From: an uncultured bacterium
GTDB lineage: Bacteria > Verrucomicrobiota > Verrucomicrobiia > Verrucomicrobiales > DEV007
NCBI GenBank assembly: GCA_963977015.1
Contig: CAXBMO010000041.1
Location: 1 to 30,515 of the forward strand
DNA: 30,515 nt
Reading direction: 5' to 3'
Below the pieces are notes generated by a model that had not been told where the DNA came from, searched no databases, and was given only the letters and a program-made list of their open reading frames with translations. Positions 18,138 through 26,501 of the stretch are shown here, piece by piece (the stretch's first letter is position 1; each line of letters opens with the position of its first letter). A program made the position numbers and the translations under genes.

Positions 18138-19249
18138 AGTGGGAAAATTTGGTTTGCTGTATTTTCAAAGTATTTGAATTCTTCCAACTCGGCTAGTTCA
18201 CTGGGTTCTCCTTCCCTCAACGTGTCTGAAATATTGCGATTAAACGGGATTCCAGGAGTTACGAGATTGATATCACCAAGAATTTCACGCCAGATAGGAG
18301 ATCCCCTATAGGCTTCCCATTGACTCTTCAATTCTTGGAGATTCTCGACCCTGGAAGGGACTGCGTGAGTACATCGCGCTACTGCTTTTTGGAATTCTCT
18401 TTCCTTAACAATATTTCCACGGATTCGGCTGTTCTTGATGACGTTGTCGCGGAGACCATCGAACATCCACAACCCGTAGAGAGTGGATAAGTCATCATCA
18501 ATTGGGGCTATCACTTTATCAGCAACCAGAAGGATCGCGATCGATGAAAGGGTAAAAGACGGCGGCGCATCAAAGATGACGTAGTCAAAGTTTCTGGAGA
18601 CGGCGTAATCCGGAATTCCATAATACACTTGAATGGATTGTCGTTGGAATTCTTTGACCTTGTCTCCAAAAGCCACTGACGCCTCTAGCGTTGCTATACG
18701 TGGACTACCAACGAGTAGGGACATTTCTCCCCCATTGCTGAAAGGGGATTCCAGCTGTCTAACACCACTTGCCACCAAAGAGGGATCACCAATACGCTTA
18801 AAATCTTTCTTCTCCAATGGATCGAACGCGTTCCAAATCGATGCCGAGTTCTCACCTGCTTTGTGCCAAATTTCCCATCCCAAAAATTGAATAGACAAGG
18901 AACTCTGTGGATCTGCATCAACGAGGAGAACCTTTTTTCCTCGTTTTGACAGTGCTAATCCTAATCCGGCAGTGAGAGCTGTTTTTCCAATGCCTCCCTT
19001 GTAGTTGTAACAGCTGTAATACTTCGGTATCTTTGCATCGGGATTACTGGCATATTGTTTTGCGATAAGGTTCTTGACTACCTCCTCGGGAATGGAGGTG
19101 CCACGAAAGACGCAACCTTTCCCTGCGTTTTTAATCAATGCACGCAGACCTTCTTGATCCAGTTGATAGTCCTCAACCATGGCCCCATCGACGCGCTTTT
19201 CAATGACATGCCTCGGAGGAATATTTCGATAAAAGTAGTCAGTAGCCAT
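18134..19249 (-). CDS. ParA/Soj-family ATPase with an N-terminal extension
   Basis: Deviant Walker A NYKGGIGKT, A' VLLVDADPQ and B DYVIFDAPPS. Confidence 0.9.
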   Translation of the reverse strand: MATDYFYRNIPPRHVIEKRVDGAMVEDYQLDQEGLRALIKNAGKGCVFRGTSIPEEVVKNLIAKQYASNPDAKIPKYYSCYNYKGGIGKTALTAGLGLALSKRGKKVLLVDADPQSSLSIQFLGWEIWHKAGENSASIWNAFDPLEKKDFKRIGDPSLVASGVRQLESPFSNGGEMSLLVGSPRIATLEASVAFGDKVKEFQRQSIQVYYGIPDYAVSRNFDYVIFDAPPSFTLSSIAILLVADKVIAPIDDDLSTLYGLWMFDGLRDNVIKNSRIRGNIVKEREFQKAVARCTHAVPSRVENLQELKSQWEAYRGSPIWREILGDINLVTPGIPFNRNISDTLREGEPSELAELEEFKYFENTANQIFPL

Positions 19250-19387
19250 GGTTCTTTGATGGTAGAAACGCTAACATGTGTCCCAATTTGATCTACTGAA
19301 ATTTGGGAAAATGGAAAGTATAAAATGGGTCTCTCAATTTGAAGGTTTTCTCGGATTTGGAGTGGTTTCAATTCAGCTTCAAAAATG

Positions 19388-19478
19388 AGCCGGAGGCTCA
19401 ATCCGAACCTAGCCGGTGGTGGAGCGCAGCGAAACCACCGGATCGCAATCAAAGGTATGCTGCGCTCCGAAGGTGCGC
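19388..19478. repeat. Left composite REP-like palindrome flanking the Y1 transposase pseudogene
   Basis: AGCCGGAGGCTC...CCTAGCCGGTGGTGGAGC...AACCACCGG...TGCGCTCCGAAGGTGCGC; inverted relative to 19873-19963. Confidence 0.85.
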
Positions 19479-19519
19479 GCGAGGTCACCAGAGGTAGCAG
19501 CCGTCGTATTCTACCAATC

Positions 19520-19860
19520 CGCGCCGCCAGCATCTCCAGGTCCAGTGGCCTGACGGTGAATGCACCATGTCCTTCCTGCCGCGCGAACTTCGGCAGATCA
19601 AAGGTCTGTTTGATCCATCGGGAGGAATCTCCTTTGATCTCTCGCATCACGTTCCACAACTGGTGAGTCGCTTACAGGCTCACCAAAAGGTGAACGTGAT
19701 CGTTAATTCCTCCGGCCGCCAAGGCGAATCCGTTTTGGTTCCGAACGATGGCTCCCAGATAGGTGTGAATCCTTGAGCGAATTTCGCATCTGTTCCAATT
19801 TTCGAGATTCTTGGTGCTGAAGACCAGATGGAAATAGAGCGCGGTATGGGTCGAAGGCAT
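19520..19860 (-). pseudogene. IS200/RAYT-type Y1 (HUH) transposase pseudogene
   Basis: MPSTHTALYFHLVFSTK...DHVHLL, in-frame stop at 19672-19674, then REIKGDSSRWIK...FARQEGHGAFTV. The catalytic YI..Q segment is not recognisable. Confidence 0.85.
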
Positions 19861-19872
19861 GGGTGCATTCTA

Positions 19873-19963
19873 GCGCCGCCTTCGGGGCGCACTCAATTTC
19901 GAATTGAAACCGGTGGTTCCGCTATGCTCCACCACCGGCTAGGCTCTTTGGGAGCCTCCGGCT
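19873..19963. repeat. Right composite REP-like palindrome
   Basis: Reverse-complement counterpart of 19388-19478. Confidence 0.85.
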
Positions 19964-20227
19964 CGAACTGAAAACCACCACAAATCCGATTAAACCAGTT
20001 TGAATAGGCGATGTTCAACATCGGCGAAGTCGCCAAACCTTCGATCGCGTTAAGTTCTCAGTTCGTTGAAAACATGGCTGTGGGCCAAAGCGGTCATCCC
20101 AACCTCAGGTTCCAATCCGTCGATCAACAAGGATAGCAATAATTTCTGGAAATCCAGAAGCGCAGTCTCCCTGTCCCAAATTTTTCTGTCCACTTGAACC
20201 TTGATGTTGCACTGCTAGGGTCGTCGG

Positions 20228-22846
20228 ATGGCCAGCAAATCCGGCAAAATGACCCCGATGATGACGCAATACACCGCAATGCGGCGGAGTTTGCCCGATG
20301 ACGTGGTGTTGTTTTTTCGCCTGGGAGACTTCTACGAAATGTTTTTTGAGGACGCGCAACGCGCCGCGCCGATCATGAACGTGGCCCTGACGAAACGCGG
20401 GGGAACCCCGATGTGTGGGGTGCCGTTTCATGCTGCGGAGGGCTACATCGGGAAATTGGTCAAAGCCGGCGTTCGCGTCGCGATTGCCGAGCAAACCAGC
20501 GTTCCCCAGCCCGGAAAAATCGTCGAACGCGAAATTTCGCAGGTCATCAGCGCTGGAACCGTCAACGACATGAACCTGTTGGAAGACGATCGGCCGAATT
20601 ATCTTGCGGCGATCTTTCAACAAGGCCGCAAGTTCGGTCTCGCCTTTGTCGATCTCACGACCGGCGAATTCCGCGTCACCGAGTTCGGCGATCCCGAAGC
20701 GCTCGGCGACGAGTTGAGTCGGATCCGCCCGAGCGAGTTGCTGGTGAGTGAGGAACAGGAGGAGGATTTTGCCCTGGTCCCGAGCCGCCAGATCTACGAC
20801 GGCTACGCCTTTCTCCCGGATCAGGCGGAATACACTCTGCGCGACCATTTCAAGGTGCAGAGCCTCGACGGATTCGGCTGCACCGGGCTCACCGCCGCCA
20901 TTTCCGCCGCCGGCGCCGTTCTCCATTACCTCACCAACCAGATGCGGCGGGACATCGGACACATTCGTTGCCTTCAATCCTATTCCTGCAACGCCCATGT
21001 CCTCATCGACGCCGCCAGTCAGGCCAACCTCGAACTGACGATGTGCCGCGCCGGCGCCAAGCACACCCTGCTTCACGCCCTCGATCGCACCAAAACGCCG
21101 ATGGGTGCCCGCAAACTGCGCGACTGGGTGCTTCACCCGATCCGCGATTTGGAGACCCTGCAAGCTCGGCAAAATTTGATCGGCGGCTTCGTCAGAGAAC
21201 CCTTCGTCCTCAGCCAAACCCAGGATCTCCTCAAGAGCGTCCGCGACATCGAGCGCATCATGGGCCGGCTCAGCCAGGGATCCGGGAACCCGCGCGATAT
21301 GCAGTCGCTGGGCGTCAGTCTGCGGGAGATTCCTCAGCTGCGGGAATTTCTTGATGCGCTCGGCGCAGGGGAGGAGGAGAGAGGAGAGAGTGGAGGAGGA
21401 AAAAATGGGAATTCCAAAGCCAGCGCCTCCCCCCTCTCACCTCTCCCCTCTCTCCTTCCTGAATTGCTACCCCGCCTTCGCGATTTCACCGAACTTGCCG
21501 ACAACCTCGACGACGCGCTCGTCGAGGAACCTCCTGTTTCCGTCAAGGACGGCGGCATCTTCCGGGATGGCTTCAGTGCCGCACTTGATGAATTGCGCGC
21601 CGCCAGCACCGAAGGCAAAAAGTGGATCGCCGATCTCCAGGTTCGCGAGGGCGAACGCACCGGAATCAAGTCGCTCAAGGTCAAGTACAACGCCGTCTTC
21701 GGCTACTTCATCGAGATCACCAAATCGAATCTCGCCAACGTTCCCGACGACTACACCCGCAAGCAAACCACCGCGAATGCCGAGCGCTTCATCACGCCCG
21801 AACTCAAGGAGATGGAGGACAAAATCCTCGGGGCCGACGAGCGGATCAAGCAACTCGAACTCGAGAAATTCAGTGAGTTGCGCGAGATGATTCTCGGGTT
21901 CCTCGACGACATCCAGGACACTGCCGGCGCCCTTGCCGAGATCGATGTCATCGCCGGTCTCGCCGAAACCGCCCGCCTCTTCGCCTACACTCAGCCGCTG
22001 CTGAACCAATCGCGCAACCTCCACATCGAGGGCGGTCGCCACCCGGTGCTCGACCAGAATACCGTCGACGAAAAATTCGTCCCCAACGACACCGTTCTCG
22101 AACCCGATGCCAACCGGCTCCTTCTCATTACCGGTCCCAACATGGCGGGTAAATCGACCTACATCCGGCAGGTTGCCCTCATCACCCTCATGGCCCAAAT
22201 TGGTAGTTGGGTTCCCGCCGACAACGCCGAGATCGGCCTCGTCGACCGCATCTTCACCCGGGTCGGCGCGAATGACGACCTCGCGAGAGGCCAATCCACC
22301 TTCATGGTCGAGATGAACGAAACCGCGCTCATCGTGAACAACGCCACCGAGGATTCCCTCGTCATCCTCGACGAAATCGGTCGCGGCACCTCCACCTTCG
22401 ACGGCCTCAGCATCGCCTGGAGCGTCGCCGAATACCTCCACGACCAGATCGGCGCGAGGACCCTCTTTGCGACCCACTACCACGAACTCACCGCATTGGC
22501 CAACGACCGCCCCGGGGTCAAAAACTACAACGTTGCGGTGCGCGAATGGAATGACGAAATCATCTTCCTCCGCAAGATCATCGCGGGAACCGCCGACCGG
22601 AGTTACGGGATTCAGGTGGCCAGGTTAGCCGGATTGCCGGATGGGATCATCGGGCGGGCCAAGGAGATTCTCGCCGGATTGGAGAGTGGGACGATGCATG
22701 GGGAGCAATGCGCGGCGGAGGCACTGGAAGCGCTCGCCGCCCCGGATTCCAAGCCGAAAAAGCGAGCCAAGCGAAAACGCGCGGCGACGCCGAAGGTTCG
22801 TGAGGGAGAAGAGGACGAGTCGTCGCAGATGAGTTTGTTTGGGTAA
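20228..22846 (+). CDS. mutS: DNA mismatch repair protein MutS
   Basis: TPMMTQY, GDFYEMFFEDA, ITGPNMAGKSTY, STFMVEM, DEIGRGTST, SYGIQVA and a C-terminal clamp motif QMSLF. Confidence 0.98.
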   Translation: MASKSGKMTPMMTQYTAMRRSLPDDVVLFFRLGDFYEMFFEDAQRAAPIMNVALTKRGGTPMCGVPFHAAEGYIGKLVKAGVRVAIAEQTSVPQPGKIVEREISQVISAGTVNDMNLLEDDRPNYLAAIFQQGRKFGLAFVDLTTGEFRVTEFGDPEALGDELSRIRPSELLVSEEQEEDFALVPSRQIYDGYAFLPDQAEYTLRDHFKVQSLDGFGCTGLTAAISAAGAVLHYLTNQMRRDIGHIRCLQSYSCNAHVLIDAASQANLELTMCRAGAKHTLLHALDRTKTPMGARKLRDWVLHPIRDLETLQARQNLIGGFVREPFVLSQTQDLLKSVRDIERIMGRLSQGSGNPRDMQSLGVSLREIPQLREFLDALGAGEEERGESGGGKNGNSKASASPLSPLPSLLPELLPRLRDFTELADNLDDALVEEPPVSVKDGGIFRDGFSAALDELRAASTEGKKWIADLQVREGERTGIKSLKVKYNAVFGYFIEITKSNLANVPDDYTRKQTTANAERFITPELKEMEDKILGADERIKQLELEKFSELREMILGFLDDIQDTAGALAEIDVIAGLAETARLFAYTQPLLNQSRNLHIEGGRHPVLDQNTVDEKFVPNDTVLEPDANRLLLITGPNMAGKSTYIRQVALITLMAQIGSWVPADNAEIGLVDRIFTRVGANDDLARGQSTFMVEMNETALIVNNATEDSLVILDEIGRGTSTFDGLSIAWSVAEYLHDQIGARTLFATHYHELTALANDRPGVKNYNVAVREWNDEIIFLRKIIAGTADRSYGIQVARLAGLPDGIIGRAKEILAGLESGTMHGEQCAAEALEALAAPDSKPKKRAKRKRAATPKVREGEEDESSQMSLFG

Positions 22847-22881
22847 GAGATTTTCACCTCTTGTAGGATAAGGCAGGCGGC

Positions 22882-22970
22882 GTAAAACGGGACACCGGCC
22901 CGTTCCCGCGGACGACGCGCCCGATCGACCGGCGGGAGTCTCCGGGGAACGGGCCGGTGTCCCGTTTTAC
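22882..22970. repeat. REPIN (inverted REP doublet), copy 1
   Basis: 26-bp perfect inverted repeat GTAAAACGGGACACCGGCCCGTTCCC around a 37-bp spacer. Confidence 0.9.
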
Positions 22971-22972
22971 GG

Positions 22973-23062
22973 GAACGGACAACGCCGAAGGGCAGAACAC
23001 AGCGAAAACCTGGGCTACACGATGATCCCCGGCGCCATCCACCAGAAGCTGCCCTGCCGTAG
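22973..23062 (-). pseudogene. Duplicated 3' tail and downstream flank of the RAYT gene
   Basis: Near-identical to 24226-24315; includes the last ~15 codons of the RAYT and its stop. Confidence 0.85.
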
Positions 23063-23204
23063 GTCGAGATGAACGAAACCGCGTTCATCGCCAACAACGC
23101 CACCGAGAACAGCGAAACGCGCCAAGCGCAAACGCGAGGCTTCGCCGAAGGTCCGCGAGGGAGAAGAAGAGGAGGAATCGCCGCAGTTGAGTTTGTTCGG
23201 GTGA
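23062..23204 (+). pseudogene. Degenerate mutS 3' fragment, copy 2
   Basis: VEMNETAFIANNATENS matches mutS ~22306-22357 and is fused to a copy of the mutS terminal codons (...CAGTTGAGTTTGTTCGGGTGA). Confidence 0.85.
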
Positions 23205-23246
23205 ATCGCATTTGCTCGAATTGCGCCACGGTGTTAGTTTTGCCGT

Positions 23247-23459
23247 ATGACCGCACTCAAAAAAGAGGTTTTGGCCCTCCCTGAGCAGGAGAAGCAGGAA
23301 ATCTTCGACGCGTTGCGGCAGGATCTGGACAACGATCCTATTTCGGACCAGATCCTGCAGGTTTTGGAAGAGCGTAGTCGGCAATACAAATCGGGTGCAA
23401 TGGATGCTGCTCCGGCCGACGAAGTCTTTGACCGCTTGTTGAAAAAGTACCCAGGGTGA
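23247..23459 (+). CDS. Addiction-module antitoxin (TIGR02574-like)
   Basis: EVLALPEQEKQEI...LEERSRQYKSG...ADEVFDRL pattern; GTGA overlap with the toxin gene. Confidence 0.85.
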   Translation: MTALKKEVLALPEQEKQEIFDALRQDLDNDPISDQILQVLEERSRQYKSGAMDAAPADEVFDRLLKKYPG

Positions 23460-23761
23460 ATCTGAGGATCGTCAGGCGTGCGGAATGGGATATGGATCTC
23501 CGCGCCGAATTCTGGGAGAACCGGCAGGCGGGCTTGGGACGTGAATATTTGCTTCATTTGCGGGAAGAGTTTTCGCGGCTCCTGCAGTTGGTTGAATCCG
23601 GTCAGCACGCCCGACGCTATGGCGACTTTCACCGCTTTCTAACCAAGAAGTTTTCAGTTCAGGTCTTCTATGAAATGGTGGATGACGACGTCATTGTTGA
23701 AGGCGTCTTTGATTGTCGTGAAGATCCCAGTGTCATTGCTGCCGAACTGTCCAAGAGGTGA
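23456..23761 (+). CDS. RelE/ParE-family toxin
   Basis: RAEWDM...FWENRQAGLGREY...HRFLTKKFSVQVFY...VEGVFDCREDP. Confidence 0.85.
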   Translation: MNLRIVRRAEWDMDLRAEFWENRQAGLGREYLLHLREEFSRLLQLVESGQHARRYGDFHRFLTKKFSVQVFYEMVDDDVIVEGVFDCREDPSVIAAELSKR

Positions 23762-23789
23762 GATTTTCCGGCCCATCAGGAAGCCAATG

Positions 23790-24076
23790 GCATCTTCACC
23801 CGGGGCCGCGCGGCAACGACGAAATCATCTTCTTTCGCAAGATCATCGAGGGGATCGTGGCCCGGAGTTGCGGGCAAGCTTAGCCGGGGTGCCGGACGGG
23901 ATCATCGGGTGGGCCTGGAGAGCGGGACGATGCATGGGGAGCAATGTGCGGCGGATGCCATCGAAGCGCTCAACATGAAGAAGCCGAAACTCGCCAAGCG
24001 CAAATGCGAGGCCTCGCCGAAGGTCTGTGAGGGAGAAGAAGCGGAGGGATCGCCGCAGTTGAGTTTGTTCGGGTGA
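23790..24076 (+). pseudogene. Degenerate mutS 3' fragment, copy 3
   Basis: GCATCTTCACCCGGG, GAAATCATCTTC..CGCAAGATCATCG, GGGACGATGCATGGGGAGCAATG and the terminal GAGTTTGTTxGGGT all match mutS, with internal deletions. Confidence 0.88.
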
Positions 24077-24128
24077 GGAGCGAATTCTTCCAGCTAGCCC
24101 GCATGGTGCGCAGGTTAGACGGCTAAAC

Positions 24129-24217
24129 GTAAAACGGGACACCGGCCCGTTCCCCGGAGACTCCCGCCGGTCGATCGGGCGCGTCGTCCGCGGGAACGGG
24201 CCGGTGTCCCGTTTTAC
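24129..24217. repeat. REPIN, copy 2 (spacer inverted relative to copy 1)
   Basis: Exact reverse complement of 22882-22970. Confidence 0.9.
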
Positions 24218-24267
24218 ATCACAAAGAACGGACAACGCCGAACGGCAGAACACAGCGAAAACCTGGG

Positions 24268-25005
24268 CTACACGATGATCTCCGGCGCCATCCACCAGAA
24301 GTCGCCCTGCCGTAGTTTCGCTTTGGCAGGGTTGTCGAGGATGTATCGCACGACCTCGCCATAATGTTCTTCCCCGCGAACAATCCGGTCGAAGCTCTCT
24401 TCCATCCACAACTGTCCCTCCCGGCCGAGGCGCCGGTTGATCCGTTGCGCGGAAGCTGATTTCATCCCGCCCAACAACCGTTCCAGGACAAATCCCGGGG
24501 CCGGGCGAATTGCGAGGTGAACGTGGTTGGGCAGGATGGTGGCGGCGTCGATGCGGTAACGAAGGTCTCCGCGCTTTTGGGCGCCTTCATGGCGTTCGTC
24601 GAAGAACAACAGGGAACGGACGACGTCCGCCCGGTGCACGGGATCGCGCAGCAGGCACTCACCATGGCATTCATCGAGCATCTTCTCGACCCGGCCCTGG
24701 TAGCGCCGCTGGAAGATGGCGTATTCTTCCTGTTGGTGATCGCCGGGTTCGCCGTCGTCATTGTGCGACAATTCCCGTTTCCAAAGTTCGGCCATGGCCT
24801 GGAGGTGTTCCCACTGTTCCTTGGGAATGGAGTCGGCCAGCCGGAACGTCACGAAGTAGGTCGCGTCCGGCTGACGCCAATGCGGCAGGTTGCGGTGGTA
24901 GATGCAGGAAACTTGATGGGGATCAAACGGCTGAAAGTCTTCCGGCAGTGGGGTGTCGAGGTCGTCCACTTCGTCGGTGGAGAGGAGCCGCGGGCTTGGA
25001 TCCAT
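24268..25005 (-). CDS. REP-associated tyrosine transposase (RAYT, Y1 HUH)
   Basis: RNLPHW...YFVTFRLADS, ILPNHVH, LWMEESFDRIVR and RYILDNPAKA; flanked by GTAA-REPs. Confidence 0.92.
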   Translation of the reverse strand: MDPSPRLLSTDEVDDLDTPLPEDFQPFDPHQVSCIYHRNLPHWRQPDATYFVTFRLADSIPKEQWEHLQAMAELWKRELSHNDDGEPGDHQQEEYAIFQRRYQGRVEKMLDECHGECLLRDPVHRADVVRSLLFFDERHEGAQKRGDLRYRIDAATILPNHVHLAIRPAPGFVLERLLGGMKSASAQRINRRLGREGQLWMEESFDRIVRGEEHYGEVVRYILDNPAKAKLRQGDFWWMAPEIIV

Positions 25006-25053
25006 CTTCGTGATGGTGGCCTCGTTGAAGAGCCCATGATTGGCAAGTGGAAA

Positions 25054-25080
25054 GTAAGACGGGACGGAGCCCCGTTTTAC
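25054..25080. repeat. Single REP upstream of the RAYT
   Basis: Palindrome GTAAGACGGGACGGAGCCCCGTTTTAC, related to the REPIN arms; overlaps the tonB stop codon. Confidence 0.75.
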
Positions 25081-25880
25081 TGCAGCCGAAACGCGATCGG
25101 GATGCGGAGGCTGGCGGCGACGGCGACGCCGTTCTGGGTAGCGGGGGCGAAGCGCCAGCGGCGGACGGTGCGTTCGGCGGCCTGGTCGAGGGCGGCGTAG
25201 CCGGAGGATTTGGCGCGGCGGAGGGACTGGATCCTGCCGGTGGAGCTGATTGAGGCGGTGAAGATGATGGTGCCCTGCTGATTCTTGGCGCGAGCCGATT
25301 GGGGATAGACGGGGGCCGGTGTGCGCAGGGGGCGGGGAGCGGTGCTGGCGATGGCCGGTTTGCGGGGCGTGGGTTTGGTGGGCGTTCCGGTCCTGGCGGC
25401 GGTGGCGCGAGAGGCCGGGGCTGAGGACGCTGGTTGGGCGGGCGGCTCGGGCTTGACCGGAGGAGGTTTCGGGAGATCGAGGGCGGGTTCGTAGGAATGG
25501 GCTCCGGGATGGAAGCGGACTTCGAAGTGAGCCGGAAGATCGGCTTTGACGAGGAGGGCTTCGATCCGGGGCGTTTCGACAATCGTTTCAAGCGGTTGTT
25601 CGGTGGGACCGACCGGATGGATCTCAGGTTTTGGCGAGGGATTCGCGTTGGCCGGGTTTTGGGCGAGGGTTTCGGAGGCGGTGAAGGCGACCGAAAGCGG
25701 AGAGAGGTGATCAGCTCCGGCCGGAGGTGCGTTCCGGGATGGCGCGATCAACAACCCGGCGATGAGGGCGGCGTGGACGGCGAGAGCGCTTCCCAAAGCG
25801 ATCCCGAATCGGCGAGGTGAACTCTCGGTCGGGAGTGGCTCACTCGGTTTGGGCAGAAAACTGGTCCGCAGCTTTTTCAC
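25077..25880 (-). CDS. tonB: TonB family energy transducer
   Basis: N-terminal TM with S...H, a Pro-rich linker and a TonB_C domain (PVYPQSAR...SSGYAALDQAA...WRFAPA). Confidence 0.9.
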   Translation of the reverse strand: MKKLRTSFLPKPSEPLPTESSPRRFGIALGSALAVHAALIAGLLIAPSRNAPPAGADHLSPLSVAFTASETLAQNPANANPSPKPEIHPVGPTEQPLETIVETPRIEALLVKADLPAHFEVRFHPGAHSYEPALDLPKPPPVKPEPPAQPASSAPASRATAARTGTPTKPTPRKPAIASTAPRPLRTPAPVYPQSARAKNQQGTIIFTASISSTGRIQSLRRAKSSGYAALDQAAERTVRRWRFAPATQNGVAVAASLRIPIAFRLQ

Positions 25881-25883
25881 GAA

Positions 25884-26480
25884 TCAGGCGCGATGCGGCT
25901 CTGAAATCCAGGGGAGCACCGGGAGATGCTTGCGAGCCGATTCCCAGTTGAACGCGAGCAAGAGCACGACGCTGAAGAGTTGGTCGCTGACGATTGCGTT
26001 GCGGAGGAAAAGCCAGGATGGCGGGTAGCCGGGAACACCGATGGTGTTCGCCTGGAGCCAACCGGCAACCGATTTGGCATACGCGGGGGATCCCAACCAC
26101 GCTGCGGTGTTGGCAACGAGGTAGAAGACTATCGAACATCCCAGAACCCGGCCAAGGGTGCCGACGACACTGGTCTGCCGGTTGAGCGAGGCTCCCCAAA
26201 GGGCGGCTCCGGAGAACAGCCCATATTTGATCAAGGCAAATCCGTGCGTAAATGCCCCGGCTCCATAGAGCAAAAGATCGGTCAGCATGACGAGCGCGAG
26301 AGGCACGAGAATGCGCAGGCGTTTCGGCATGATGATGGCCCCGGTGAAGGCAAACGCCATCACCGGGGCAAAGTTCCCCATCGCGTCGACGTTCGATTTC
26401 ACCAACAGGAAAGCCGCTCCCAGAATGAGGAGGATGAAGGCTAACCAGTGTTGCTCGGAGGTCTCGCGCGATGGGTTCAT
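25884..26480 (-). CDS. DUF6580-like membrane protein, putative cobalamin transporter
   Basis: About 6 TM segments; NFAPVMA, SIVFYLVAN..AW and FLRNAIVSD; lies inside the btuB operon. Confidence 0.75.
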   Translation of the reverse strand: MNPSRETSEQHWLAFILLILGAAFLLVKSNVDAMGNFAPVMAFAFTGAIIMPKRLRILVPLALVMLTDLLLYGAGAFTHGFALIKYGLFSGAALWGASLNRQTSVVGTLGRVLGCSIVFYLVANTAAWLGSPAYAKSVAGWLQANTIGVPGYPPSWLFLRNAIVSDQLFSVVLLLAFNWESARKHLPVLPWISEPHRA

Positions 26481-26501
26481 GAATCTTAAAAGTGGTGTGG
26501 G

